A stretch of DNA of 58,082 nucleotides, the filler included, from Sphacelaria rigidula (lineage: Eukaryota): the NCBI GenBank assembly GCA_964200075.2. It is 8 parts of 8 records of this genome, joined end to end, with 100 filler letters (N's around TTAATTAATTAA, not from the genome) between each part and the next. Parts side by side here need not be neighbours in the genome. Positions count along the whole stretch, not along the records: positions 21,820 to 28,992 come from CAXNAA020016138.1; positions 29,093 to 36,265 come from CAXNAA020016139.1; 6 more parts are not named here. One strand, written 5' to 3'. The notes under the pieces were generated by a model. The model saw nothing but the letters and a program-made list of their open reading frames with translations. It was not told the DNA's origin and did not search any database. The position numbers and the translations under genes were made by a program. Positions 23,346 to 35,890 of the stretch are shown here, piece after piece. Numbering within the stretch: position 1 is the stretch's first letter; the number at the start of each line of letters is the position of its first letter.

Positions 23346-26146
23346 CACGGGATTTTACAAATTGGGTACAGACTGGGCCGCCCAAGACGCGGACAGGGGT
23401 GTTAACATGCGCTTTAGCAGCTGAAATCCAGGTCGTTCGCTATAAAACTTTGACACGATGTACAGGATGTATGTATGTGCGAAGACGCGACCTTTTCCAT
23501 CCTGGAGTTTGTTTTTTAGTTATTAACGATTTTGTTCCGAAAATAACTGTTCTGAAATGTTTGGTCGCCGAAAACTCACGAAGAAAAAAACTAGGGTGAA
23601 AAACATGGCGTCTTCACACGTACATCCTGTACATCGCGTCAGCATTTGATTGAAAACGACCTGGAATTCAGCTGCTAAATTGCGTGTTCGTACACGACGA
23701 GTTCCTATGTGGAGATGGACCAGCGACGAAAAAATGAAACGCGGCTATGCTGTTGTATTTCAAGCATTTTTTCACGAAATTTCGACACGATGCGCATGAG
23801 GTGTGTTTTGGACTCCCTATTGTCCCCCCTTGACGTTTTTCATTTTTTTAGTTGTCGACGCTTTTGTACCAGAAAAAAAGTGTTCCGAGATTTAGGTTAC
23901 CAATAACAAACGAGGAAACGAGAAAAGAAAGAGAGCCAAACGGTAGGGGCTTCACATATACCCCATGTATATATCGTGTCAAAATTTCATGGAAAACAAC
24001 TTAAAATTGAGCAGTGAAATCGCGTTTTTCTGTCGAGAACCGGTTTACTTGCTTTTAGGGTACAATAAACTCAGCCGGGACTTTGACGTTTTCTACAAGC
24101 ACGACGGCTTGGCGCGCCGAAGGTCTCGTCTGCGTGCTATATCAAACACTGCGCGCCTACAGTACGACATGTCTTGTTGTACAACCACAACTAGTGCAGC
24201 ATCATCACTTTGCGGCCGCGGCACAACTGACTGTAACCGTAAATTCGATTTCAGCCGTTTCCAGTGATGAAGCTTGGTGGCAGTAAGATATCACGATGTG
24301 CGGGTCTTTGAGTTGGGTATTGCGTCCTGACAAATTGTTTTTCTTTTATTGACACCAGGATTTTGCTCATAACACGCGATAGTTGATCCACCGCGCTAAA
24401 CGAAAAGTTCTCACTAACGACCTTTGGCTTTTTACCCTGAGTGTCATCTTGGATGGGCTCGTCCCCACCCCCGCAGAGGTTTCGAATTTCGCACTTCGGG
24501 CACACCAAACCTGAACTTGGGCTACATCCTTGCTTTTATCTCCCTGTTGCTGGGTAGCCCCCCCCCATCGCATTGTACTTCACGCTGCACACCTTTTTCA
24601 AGGCAGGTGTGATACTTCAAACGCGCTGCCACGGAAACGAGCGGGGTGCTACTCTCGCTATACGCGACGGATGTGTCGGGACGGAGTCGGACAAAGACGT
24701 GAAGCTCACTTGGATCTGCGTCCGACCAGAGCAGCTGCCGCGATGCTATGCCGCAACTGCGTTCCCCCCCCCCTCTTCCCGGATTGTCTGGCATTCCATC
24801 TTTGTTCCGTTGGTAGATGAAGTCTATGCGTGCGCACTATTTAGTGCTTTACTTTGTAGATAGACTTGCGTGTGTGTTGTCTTGTTCAACATGGGTGCGT
24901 GAGTATCACGTAGATAAAAGGTTTTCCTTCTTGTGAATCGAACGTTTGATGTGTCGGATCGCAGTGATACTCGCCTCGAAGAGGTGTGGGAGAGTCATTC
25001 TTCGCCCAATGCTTTTGTACGAGTGTAGTGTAGAATAGTCCTTTCTCGTCGAATTTTCAAATCCCTCGGCGCAGTTATATTTTGCCGAGGTGATGATGCT
25101 TCAACTGCATAAGGACTCGTCTAGGATGGACTAGTCTGATGAAGCTTGGTGGCAGTAAGGCATGGCGATGTGCGGGTCTGCTCTTAGACCCTGGATTCCG
25201 TGACGCGTTGTTACTGCATTTGCTACTGTCATTAGTTAGGATTGTTCGGCCGCGGCCAGAGGTCGTGTCGACCCACCTCAATCAGTCACTGGCCTTGCCG
25301 TGGTCTACTCTGGGCCATCACTACGCTCTGCTCCTATGGCTGCGCCGCGGCTGTACTGAGTGAGAGAGCTGCTTGTAAATATAACATGACGCTATGAAAA
25401 ACGTGAGTTCCTAACCGGCAGTCTACACATGAACTGAGAGACCCCAGCCAGTGCATTAGCCATCACCATCATCATGACATTCCTCCCCTCTTACTCCACC
25501 GCACATGCCACCCTCAACTCTCTACACTTCGCAGCTGACTGCAGTTTGGTATTTCGTTTGATGTGAACTTGTCAGATCGCAGTGCTACGTTAAGTGAAGG
25601 ACGCGCGTTGATTTGCAGATTATAACGATGTGTCATAGTAGGCACAACTCGCGATAGATCGTCAGTTAAAACCGGCTGAAAGAAAGTCCGCTTCTTAGGC
25701 GGCCCAGCCTGTGTATGCAGTTTTTATTGAGGATGAGAAACCCGGACAATTCAAATCTCCGTATCCATACCAAAGCTTCGAAATATGGTTACATTTCTTC
25801 ACTCGTTGGTAGCTACTGATAACTACTACACGCCACACAATGTTCGTTTTCGATAATAGAAATGTTGCGGTTCTAGAGGGAAACCCATTTGGGGGCAATT
25901 TTGACGATCTGATCGGATCACCCAAACCCCCTCGAATTGTTTTTTCACCGAGAACCCCAACACGTCGGTCATCAGAATCCAGATTCGTATTTCGTATGGC
26001 GTGCAGTAGTTGCCAATAGCTACCGGTCGTAGGTGAAGGAGTAGAATTATGTTTTTTCGAAGATTTGGTGTGGATACGAAGATTTCACTTCTCCGGGTTC
26101 CCACCCTCAAAAACGAAATTATCCCCAATTTGTATAATCCCGAGTG
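23346..26146. mobile_element. Foldback MITE (CACGGGATTTTACAAATTG family), interrupted by a 2.3-kb element
   Basis: The first 23 bp lie at 23346-23368. The rest (25714-26146) is colinear with the intact copies at 40161 and 56102. Confidence 0.75.
23369..25713. mobile_element. Non-autonomous TIR DNA element flanked by TA (Tc1/mariner-like)
   Basis: Ends cagactgggccgcccaagacgcggac and gtccgcttcttaggcggcccagcctgtg, with TA on both sides. Related TIRs occur at 34280 and 35493. Confidence 0.7.
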
Positions 26147-27099
26147 ATCAGAGTTGAAACACCCCTGGATCAGTGGTGGGGTTGGGTACAGGGTCAGTGG
26201 CGTGGTCCGTGCAGGGACTGGCCTGATTGGTTTCAAAAACGTCAACCCTGAGGTGTTTTGAACTACGACGCGGTAAACACGCGGTCCTCTCACGCTTTAC
26301 ACCATGACCCCATCCCACTTGCGATGACGAGAGTGCAAACCCGAAACCCGTGTGAGTTCTGCCATAGAAGAAAGCGTACTCGGATACGTTTCCGCCTCTA
26401 CCCATACGGCTTGGGAGCTGAAGTCATCGTGCCTTTTATTGCGCGTGCGCCTACTGTTTGTATTGCTGGAACGAATGTCACGTGTTCGTTGGTGATGAGA
26501 CACTGTACTCGGCACTGATGGTTGGCCGTACGACACGGAATAAACAAAAAGCTGACGCTCATGCTTGAGTCACCTGATCCTCCATATCGCTTTCCGCGCT
26601 GTCCGTCGCGGCCATCATGATCGGTCGCAATTCCAATACTTTGATTCTCTGTTTGCGCAGACATGCATCGGAGAGCTGGTCGATCCCGCTGTGTACCTCT
26701 GTCTTGGCATGGTTCAGCAACTCCGTGCTGAGACCCTGATGGGACACGAACACCGCATCGAACAAATTCATACGCGCTCGTAACATCCCGTTGGTCGTCG
26801 CATCCAGTAGCACATATTCATATACATCAGCAACCCCACGACATTGGGGGAGGAGGGGAGAAGGGTGCGGGGGAGGGGTTGACTCCACAAAACCCAGTGG
26901 CTCACAGGTGTGTCTCACAAGAACACTTCTCGCCGTGCACTCGTATTTGGGTAAACACTTTCTCGAGATCCTGTTTATCAACCCTGTGGAGAGGCACTCC
27001 CAGTTTGAAAATTCCAAATGATCTTGTTACAGAATTTTTAAATACGTTTTTTTAGATAAACTGTTTGAATCAGGCAAAAATATGGTTTATTTCAGACAG

Positions 27100-27325
27100 C
27101 AGAAGAAGCTGTTTGAAATAGATCTTCTTTTTGCCCACTTAAATTGGGCAAAACAAGGGTATATTTTGAACAGCTTCATTTGCTGCACAAATCCCATACA
27201 CATGTACGGGATTTGTGGAGCAGATGAAGCTGTTTAAAACAAGTCATTTTGTTGCCCAATTGAAATGAGCGAAAATTTTAGTTTTGAGCACCTTCACCTG
27301 TTCCACGAATCCCATACACACTGAT
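27100..27325. repeat. Cluster of inverted repeat units with a central hairpin at 27169-27234
   Basis: aacagcttcatttgctgcacaaatcccataca pairs with tgtacgggatttgtggagcagatgaagctgtt (3 mismatches). Confidence 0.7.
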
Positions 27326-28861
27326 CGATGAGTGCATAATTACAGGAGAACAAGTTCGAAACAGATCCTTACTTTGCCCGCTAATTCATCCGGAAAATGG
27401 ACAAAATGAGAACTAATTGCAAACAGCTTCAACTGTGCAAGTTCCGCACACTGCACCGTAATCAGCGGATGTGATCCGAGATGCAGCAAAAATTGTTTAA
27501 AATATTTCATCCTCTTACCCCACAATTTATATATTAATTGGGCGAAATGATAGAATTCTCAACAGCTTTTGCTGAATACAAATCTCGAACACTGCTTACG
27601 AGTGTATGTCCACACGCCTAAGCATAGATACGATACTTTGGTGTTAGGCGTGGATGCTGGAACAAAGGTGTATACCTCGCATATCTATGCATATAGTTCA
27701 TCAAAATCTCGTGGTCTACTGTCTACCAAGACAAACCAAATAATGTGTAGAAAAAATCACTGAAATCAATCATGCCTTTGTTTATGGAGGTTTTAGCTTG
27801 ACACTTTTACTACTACCAAAGAAATATGAATCACATAAACAACAAATCGTACGTGGTTCAATGTATACCTCATAGTCCTCCCGATCGCAAAAATCACGAG
27901 TTCAATACCTGCGTTTGCCATACCTCGACCGTTTTTATCTGCCAGTACCATGTCCATTCTGTAAAGTGGAGAATATTGTGTGTGCGCCATAAACACTGTA
28001 CAGCACATTAACAACAATGAACAGTCCACGTCCTACAGCCAAATCCCCGCGAGAAACACTGCACACTTCAACACTGCACAGTTTCCTTGGAACCCTGTAA
28101 AGCGTACTGTGTGGCGCAAAAGAACAACCTACAGCCAACTCCCCGCGAGGAACACTGCATAGTCTCCCTGAACCCTGCAGACGTGCCCTACCGGGTGCCA
28201 TCTGTCCACGTGTGTTACTAGTAACAAACGCATACGAGCAAATCTTGCGGCTTCCGACGACGAATAAAAGTGGAATTTTATGAAGGAAAAAGGCACAAAA
28301 TACCCCCCTCCCCGGCCCCCCTTCTTCCCGGGTCATAGTAGGATGAATTGAATGTGCTTTGGTAGATCTCAAGTCCTCTATGTGATATTTCATATCCATC
28401 TAGGGTGTCCATCATCTCTCTAGGGCATTTATTTGCGATGCCGATGCCCCTTTGGGACATCCATCCGGGATATGGATATCTATCGGAGATATGGATTTCC
28501 ATGTGGAATATGGAAAATTTGTTCGCGATGTCCTTGTAGGGGGCCCTTTCCAAAACCCGTACCCCCGATATTTAGCTAAATATCAGATCGATATCCCAGA
28601 TGGAGGTTCCGTGACAATGAAATACCTCGTCTGGATAGCTTCATCCCTGATAGGGAGTGCCACTACAGTACACACTATCTGTGATGTCATACCAATCATC
28701 TCTGACAAAAGTGAGATGAAACCTCCTTGTTTTGGTGCACGCACCTCCAACTGGGCATTGAATGCCACGATGGCGTCCTTCTTCGCCGTGGAGAGGAACG
28801 ACTTCGTTGCTCGTTTGGAGTTGAGCCGACCTGAGAAGGGAAATAGTGCACTTCCGTGACA

Positions 28862-28992
28862 ATGTAACGCATGGAAGGACCGCGTGCTTAGGGGAGGCAT
28901 CGGAATGTAATAATCTCCGTGTAACAGCCAATCATCTATGTTGAGGATGGTGCTTTTGATTGAGGATGAGAACCCGGAGGATTAAAATCTTC
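28862..28992. mobile_element. Degenerate left end of the TGT..ACA MITE followed by a foldback-MITE fragment
   Basis: tgtaacgcatggaaggaccgcgtgcttagg..gcatcggaat, then gaggatgagaacccggaggattaaaatcttc. Confidence 0.55.
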
Positions 28993-30084
28993 NNNNNNNN
29001 NNNNNNNNNNNNNNNNNNNNNNNNNNNNNNNNNNNNTTAATTAATTAANNNNNNNNNNNNNNNNNNNNNNNNNNNNNNNNNNNNNNNNNNNNGGAGAAAA
29101 ATGTTGACCGCTGGTTCAAGGGGTATCCACGCAACTTTTGCGCCATTCCACGTGTCTGAGCTGCGTGTACCTGAGTTGCAACGCTGAAAACAACTTCTGG
29201 GGATCGATTCGTACGATTCGAATCAATTACACTAGAACCAAATGATTTCCAAACAAATCATTGGTTTGTCCGACCCTTGCATGTTTATTTCGATAAGGGC
29301 ATTCGTTTCGTTGTTGAAGTCAAGTCACGTGTGTTTCCAATCGTGTTACAGATGGTCTCATAATCATCACTGTTGGTCGCGAAGATTAAAATCCTCTGCG
29401 ATCGTGGAGTAGGCCCTTCAAGTCGAAGTATAGCGATCACTTTTCCGTGTCATATTTGTGTACCACTGCTACCGTTGCTTCTGTGAAGGTCGCACGAACG
29501 TTGATTCGTCCAAAATATATCTTCAAATGAGGAAATTACGAAGCATAAGCGAAGAGGTGAAAAAATAAAATAAAAACATCACGTTTCTGCTATAGTAATT
29601 TTCACCTCGTAGCCTCTGGCAGCAGGACAATTGAGGATGCGTTTTAGTTTTTTTCTTCATTATTTGTAGAAAACAGTTCCCTGGGTTGCGTACCATTGCC
29701 GTGTACTGAGCCGTCGATCTAGGCGGTTTATGTCGATCAGTTTTGCGGGTTCAAACGGGATGGGTATGTGTTGGATTATTATTGTCAGCGATTCAGGTTG
29801 GCACCTCCGTCCAGCTTGGCCGCTAGTAATTCTGCTACACGTTTCTCTTTTGCAATTGGCGAAAAATTACGATTAATTATATTCGTACGTCAATCATCAT
29901 GTCGCCGTGGTTCTTCTTTGCCACTTGGGGCGTCATGGGGTATCCCCGCCCGCGCGTACATGTAGGAAGATGAGATACCAGATGTGGATGCTGCCTCATG
30001 AGAGGGGCAAAGTTTCAAAAAGTGTCCGTCGGGGATTATTTTCCTTTCTCAGTGGCAAAAAAAGTGTCGGAAAAAAATAAGTGA

Positions 30085-30570
30085 TCGGTCGAGGGAATTC
30101 CCGATCGTGTCGTCCACCTGATCGTGGATGAAGTCGATCCGGCGAAGCTTCTGAGCAGGGGAAAGGGAGAGTTTGATACGGCGAGCCACCTTGGCCGCCC
30201 CTTCTCTCTTGAACCACCGCCGCACGGTCTCTGTACCGTAATCCAGCCCGATGTCTTCCAGCTGATCGAACATATCTGCCGGAGCGGAAATGATCGGTTC
30301 TGCTTGTTGACGTTCTTCAGCGCCGCATCCTTTGTTTGCGTGACGAGCGACGGGCGTTCAGTCCCTTTGTTGTTCAAAAGGTCGACCTCCTGGGTAGCGT
30401 CGATCTGGACTTTGACGTTTTTCCACTATTTCGTCGGGTACTCGGGACCAACACCGTAGCGTTCGCAAATTGGCCCTAGCGAGCCCTTGGGCACCCTCAC
30501 CTTGCCCGGTGGAATCGCGAGCGCAACCTCCATCGCAATCGCATAGCGGCGACCCAATTGTAGCTCGCCA
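30085..30570 (-). pseudogene. Tc1/mariner-like transposase N-terminal fragment with a stop and a frameshift; catalytic domain missing
   Basis: RRYAIAMEV..ICERYGVG..RPSLVT..SFPLRQ / ETVRRWFKREGAAKVARRIKLSLSPAQKLRRIDFIHDQVD resembles the HTH and KPxLT linker that precede the first catalytic Asp of mariner-like transposases. Confidence 0.65.
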
Positions 30571-31861
30571 CCCGCTCGGCGAGGGGGTTACTCGGGGGCA
30601 AGTCCATCGCAGTGTGATGTCTGTGGGCTAGGTGTGGGGTGTTTAACACGAATTCTCAAAAAACAATATCAGGAAGATCCTCATAAGAATTCTCAGAACA
30701 AAAAAGGCCAAAATGGGGTATATTCTGACATATTTTCAGATTTGAAAACGAGGTTATTTTTCATCAGCTTCGGATTCGCTGTCGCTTTCTATAAAACCTA
30801 ACGATCAGGTCGTCGTCAACACCGTTGCACCGAAACAAAATATCGGCCATAACCGACCAGACTTGAGGGACAAAAAAAGTATAGTCTCAATGATTGCCCT
30901 CACCTTAGAGGAGTTTCCCCTAGTCTTACGGGAGATCAAGTCATGACTCAACTTGGTAACTTGGCATTTTGGTGTCGAGGATTGCATCTGAACTTTCTCC
31001 ACCTTGTTTGGCTCTTGTCGAACTTTTTCGCTTCTCGCGTCATCACGTTTCCTAACGATAGAAACCAAACTCCATTACACACAAAAAAAAGAAAGTGTGT
31101 GAGTCGGGAGTGGGACCCCCAACCGTCTGCCCTGAACTGGCTAGTAGTGCGCATGTTGAAAGAAAAAAAAATAGTGCGCGGCGCCTTCATCATGGTAGCA
31201 GTCCTTTTCCTTCCCCTTGTTATTTATTGTCTCTCGTTTTTGTTGGGTCAAGTCCTTTTTGCTCTCTTTTCATTTTTCTCGAGTTGCCTTTCAACGAGTG
31301 TCCCCGCCCTGAATATGTCTCCCTCATGACCACCGGTGGAACCCTCGTGGGATCCGTCAATGCGCGACAATCACGCAAGTTACATATACTGTACATACAG
31401 TTGTGACTTTTTTTCTTTCATGCGTATATCCCTTGTTTCAATTCGCGCGCGCTTGTGTTATTTCTGGGTGTGTTGTCTTCTCAGGACCCATTTATCGTTG
31501 GCTAGCCATCCGGGCAGATACAGGTAACCCCGCTGACACTGTTGAAACCGTCGAACTGTCGGCCGACGCTGTGGACACGAAGGCTTGTCTCGCGGCGTTT
31601 GCGAAGGTGAGTCACCGGATAAGCGGCCGTTTGTCGATCCTTCGAGCGCCTCATGCTACAAAACTCTACGGTGCTTGAGTATGACCCCGTTGTATGCGTA
31701 GTTGGCGTGCATGGATGACACCATATGGACCTCGGCGGCCTCTCTCACTATGATGAAAGTTTTATGGACAAAAATGCCAACTCCTTCTAGGTCACCAGGA
31801 TTGAGCAGCAACGGTTTTGATTACTACCCCCCGCCCGCCCGCCCCTCCCCTCCGGTCAAGA

Positions 31862-33290
31862 AGATGTACGTTTTCACCCACTTTGTTCAAGGTATGTATT
31901 CATAAGAATATACTAGTTGCAGAAGCAGCAAATCAAGGAGTCAGGGAGGAAAATATACGGTATCAAGATTGATCTTCATGGGGATATCAGAATCGACAGA
32001 AAGACTGGAGAAGTGAATAGCAGAGACACTTGAATACACTAACTAAAATACACTGAGAAATGGAGAGAGGCGACGAACGTAAACCAATGCGCGGTAGATG
32101 TACGTGAGAAAGATGAGGAGAAACCAATATAGTCCGAATGCAAGCGGGGAGATGAGGAGTTGCTGATCCTTCATCAGTATGATGGTGTCGGCGTGTAGAT
32201 CTCAAAAATTGTCGTTAGGATGTACAAAGAGATGCAGTAATGAGGAACGGTAAGGCACGAATGGGCAACATACGCGGGTCCCAAGAGACTCGCACGCCGA
32301 TACTAGGATTAAGAGGTGTATTACGATGAATGTGATCGTACCGACGCCAGAATATGCGGGAGGGAAATAGGAAGGAACGCGAAGTTTTTGCGGCAATACG
32401 AAACAGTACAGACACAACAGCTAAGAATATTACTTGGATGCTCAAAAACGACGAGTGATGCGGTGTTTTGAGCAGCGATAGAAATATACCCACTTGACAC
32501 AAGAATATATGGAAAAAAGGAAATGCCAATATAAGCGAAGGAACATGCCAAGGACAAGATTGCCGGTCATAGTTGAAAGGGTTGTATGGAAGGAAGGGAA
32601 GAAAGGGCAGGCTGGGGTAGGGTGGGATTGCGTAGTCAAGCAAGCAAGTATTGGAGGACACTGGGAAAACTAAGACGAGATAATGTCCATAGGTGAATGT
32701 GGGGCGTACAAGACAAAGTCAGAGATATAATAGAAATAAGGGAAAAGACAAGTGCTATGACGGATAGCAGACGAGAAAGAGCACCTGTAAACGGGAGGCT
32801 GAAAGAGGGGTATGGATGAAAACATGTCTGCATGGCCCAATGGACTACGCACAGAAGTTGATGGTGCGATTTCGGGTGGGGGACCTGAACCCGCCAGAAA
32901 GAAGCAAGTGGTACACCAGTGGTCGGGTGGAGGAGGGAGGATATGCACAGAATTGCCCCTGTGACGAAGCAATAGAGAGTAGAACACATTTAGTAGGAGG
33001 ATTTGAACCGTAACAAGAGGAAAAGGACGTGTCAGAGGGAGAAATGTGGGAAGCAAACAAATGTGGCATGAAATCCTTTGGTGCCTTGGATAGTAGGGAG
33101 AAAACCATTACTATAATGGGAGGTGGACGGTGGCCGCAGACGGCGTAACAGGAAGGGGATATAAGATATCTTCAAGTGCCCAAATGTTGGAGGTGTCTTA
33201 ATTAGGAGTAGCAACGGTGCTCCTTGTCGAAAGGGATGCTTGGTCAATGTTCGAATAAGTAGAGCAATCATCAACTGAGTACGTCTCCCC
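31862..33290 (+). mobile_element. Decayed 5'-truncated LINE (RT C-terminal half to 3' end; family A)
   Basis: Remnants CTFSPTLFKV, DTRIKRCITMNVIVPTPEYAG, ILGCSKTTSDAV, MKTCLHGPMDYAQKLMVRFRVGDLN, CPC..ESRTHLVG. Colinear with 57397-58082. Ends in the family A tail. Confidence 0.85.
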
Positions 33291-33534
33291 TTTAAAATGA
33301 ACGGACGCAATAGCGGGTAAGGGTCCAAACCCAAGTTTTGAAGAGGTTGAAACCCCCCAGGTGCAGGATTTTGTTGAATTAATACCATCTTGTTTCCGAG
33401 ACAACATATGCACTAGCCTCCTCCTGTGCCGCACTGTGAAGTGCCGTCATTGTATTGCATCCCATGTCCTGTCGGTGGTGAGGTCGGCCTGAAAGATCTG
33501 CAGAGGTGAAGCCCCACCCCCACCCCCACCCCTA

Positions 33535-34020
33535 CGGGGCTGGCGTCGGTTGGCAATGACGCTGTAAGACACGCCACTCACAGCGTAAGCTAGGCTACCA
33601 GGTTATCGTGTTTTTTTGCGCGCTTGCTTTCTTTTCCCGGTAACCATGATGGTGGTCGAACTAGATCATAGAGCGCGGGGTGGGAGAACCTCAACTCCGC
33701 GCAAAGGTGATGATCGTACTACGTAGTGCTCAAATAGTGCGACACCCATGAGCCAGAGTAAAAGCCGTGGCTGTCTCTGGAAGTCGCGATACCAGAAAAT
33801 GAAGCTTTTATCCAAACGCAAGATAATCAGTACTCTTCGGGCGGAACTATCTTAGCAGGATGCAGCTCACCCTTCATGCGATTCGCCAAGCGCACCACGG
33901 CGCTTCGCGCTTGGTGATTGATTGCCTGGTCTGGCGAAAACCCGGCGTGCTCCGTCCCGACTCTGTAGGGATGCAAAGTCAACGATCATATGAGTACGAC
34001 ATGCGAAATCACGAGGAAAC
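33535..34020 (+). mobile_element. Retroposon 3' fragment (family B) flanked by C-tracts
   Basis: Homologous to the minus-strand copies at 37962-38460, 52647-53170 and 53197-53420. Ends ...atgcgaaatcacgaggaaa(C)n. Confidence 0.7.
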
Positions 34021-34279
34021 CCCCCCCCCACTGCCACCCCTAACTAACCGCCTCTCCGACTGACTCCCAATGAGGTGACGACCTGGGCGAGTTCGCGTAC
34101 AAAGGGGGGTTGGGGCTTTCGCGTGTCGTTTTACGATCGATTCATAATTTTGTGTGGAGTGTGTTACAACGTTCATTCACGTAGAGCTTTCTCATCATCT
34201 TGACGGAGAACATTGGTTCCGGTCGTTCCGACATTGTTCGAAGGTCAACCGTCTACCGTTGGAATAGCTCAGAGAAGTA

Positions 34280-35493
34280 CAGGCTGGGCCAGCCTAAAAA
34301 CGGATTTAAGCTCTAAAAGCGATATCTCAACGACACAGACGAGTTGGGCCGTGATCCGCATATCGTATTAATCGTCTGATCAAGGGGAAGGTGCGATTTT
34401 TGCTCAAAACTCTGGGCCATTTTTTCCTCGTCGAGTAAACCCCATGTATAGTAATTCCTATGCGTAGCGGAGATAGTGTCTACATTAAAATATATGTGAA
34501 ACCCCGAACGATCGATCAAGCGGATGATGACGATTTTTGGTGTGGACCTTCCCTGGAGCACGTGGAGACGATAGATACCCTCATTTTCACCTAATTCGTT
34601 ATCTATCTCGAGAAATGGCGCACATAAGGTTCCATAATAAAATCAGTATATTACGAGCAGAGGCACTAGATGACCTAAATCTGGATATCGCGTCTCAGTT
34701 TTTGAGAGTTGTGCTGTGAAATGTGGTATGGAAAACCGCTAGTGCATAATCAAATAAAAAGTACAGCTTTTTCGTTTTTTTTTTCGGTTCTTCTCATCTT
34801 TTTTCGTGTTTTTAGGGGAGGTTTGAGGAGAAATGAACATTGCTCTTGAGCCTTATCTCATTTTTTCAGCTCAATTTTTAGAATTGTGATTTGAAACTTG
34901 ACATGGAAAGCGACAGAGGTATGCCGAGTAAAAAAAATGGGCCTTCATTTCTTTTTTTTCAGGAGAGGTTCGGGCGTTCTCGTAAAAAAATGATCGTTAC
35001 CATACTAAAACGCCCTCAATCAGTGAGAAAAAATAATAAAACTCAACCTCACCCATTTTTCTTCGTTCATCACGACCTAGCAAGGTCCCGCACAAAGTTT
35101 CAACCCACACACACCAAACGTTGGCCGATAAACGGCCTGCAAAATACTGTTCCGAAATTCCGCCGCCTCGGTTTTTCAAAGGTAAATTCGCCATTTTTTT
35201 CTTGCAGTTGGAAAGTGAAATTTGGATTTGACAATCAACAGGGCATGAAGAAAAGCTGTCTGTGACGTCCCGGCGATTTTTTTTTTCGTGAATTAAAGGC
35301 AAAAATCAGTTTTGAGGTTTTGGTAAAATGCCCTTAACTCACGAACAGAAAAAAAAAACACATTGGGACCTCACAGACAGCTTTTCTTCATGCCCTGTTG
35401 GTTGTCCATACCAAATTTCACTTTCTAACTCCAAGAAAAAAATTGCGAATTCGCCTGCAAAGTACAAATCCGCTTGTAGGCTGGCCCAGCCTG
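34280..35493. mobile_element. 1.2-kb non-autonomous TIR element with a subterminal 270-bp palindrome
   Basis: TIRs caggctgggccagcctaaaaacggattt and aaatccgcttgtaggctggcccagcctg; internal inverted repeat at about 35183-35456. Confidence 0.75.
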
Positions 35494-35827
35494 TGTCGGT
35501 CTGGCGTCCTGTGGTGGTGCCACAGCACCTGGAGAACGAGTTTGCCGTGGACCGGTCACTAGCTGTCTACGAGTACTTCACGTGCTTTCTGCTTTCTCCT
35601 TGCCCCGTCTGCTTCGTTGGTACGTCGTGGTTCCATACTTTTCCGTTTTTTCCGGCCGTAGAGTGTAGATCGACGACGGCTGGTCCGTCGATGAGAAAGA
35701 TGAAGAAAAAAGGAGGAGTTGTGACTTATATACGGTGAGACGCTTCGTGCGGAACTGACGAACGCCAAACCACCATTGCCAAACTGCTAGGGTTGGGTCC
35801 TGGACCAGTATCTACTGCCAGTATTCC

Positions 35828-35890
35828 TGTACTGGCAGTACTACTTGTACTGGCAGTACTACTTGTACTGGCAGTACTACTTGTACTGGC
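35828..35890. repeat. 18-bp minisatellite (TGTACTGGCAGTACTACT) x3.5
   Basis: Directly visible tandem units with no spacers. Confidence 0.9.

Larger units (their letters stand above)
23305..26301. mobile_element. Older copy of the TGT..ACA MITE, split by nested insertions
   Basis: Degenerate left TIR at 23305-23343; remainder and right TIR at 26147-26301. Confidence 0.65.

Noticed and set aside
26559-27017. 152-aa ORF with a protein-like central part
   Set aside because: No recognisable family or supporting neighbouring exons, so it cannot be supported
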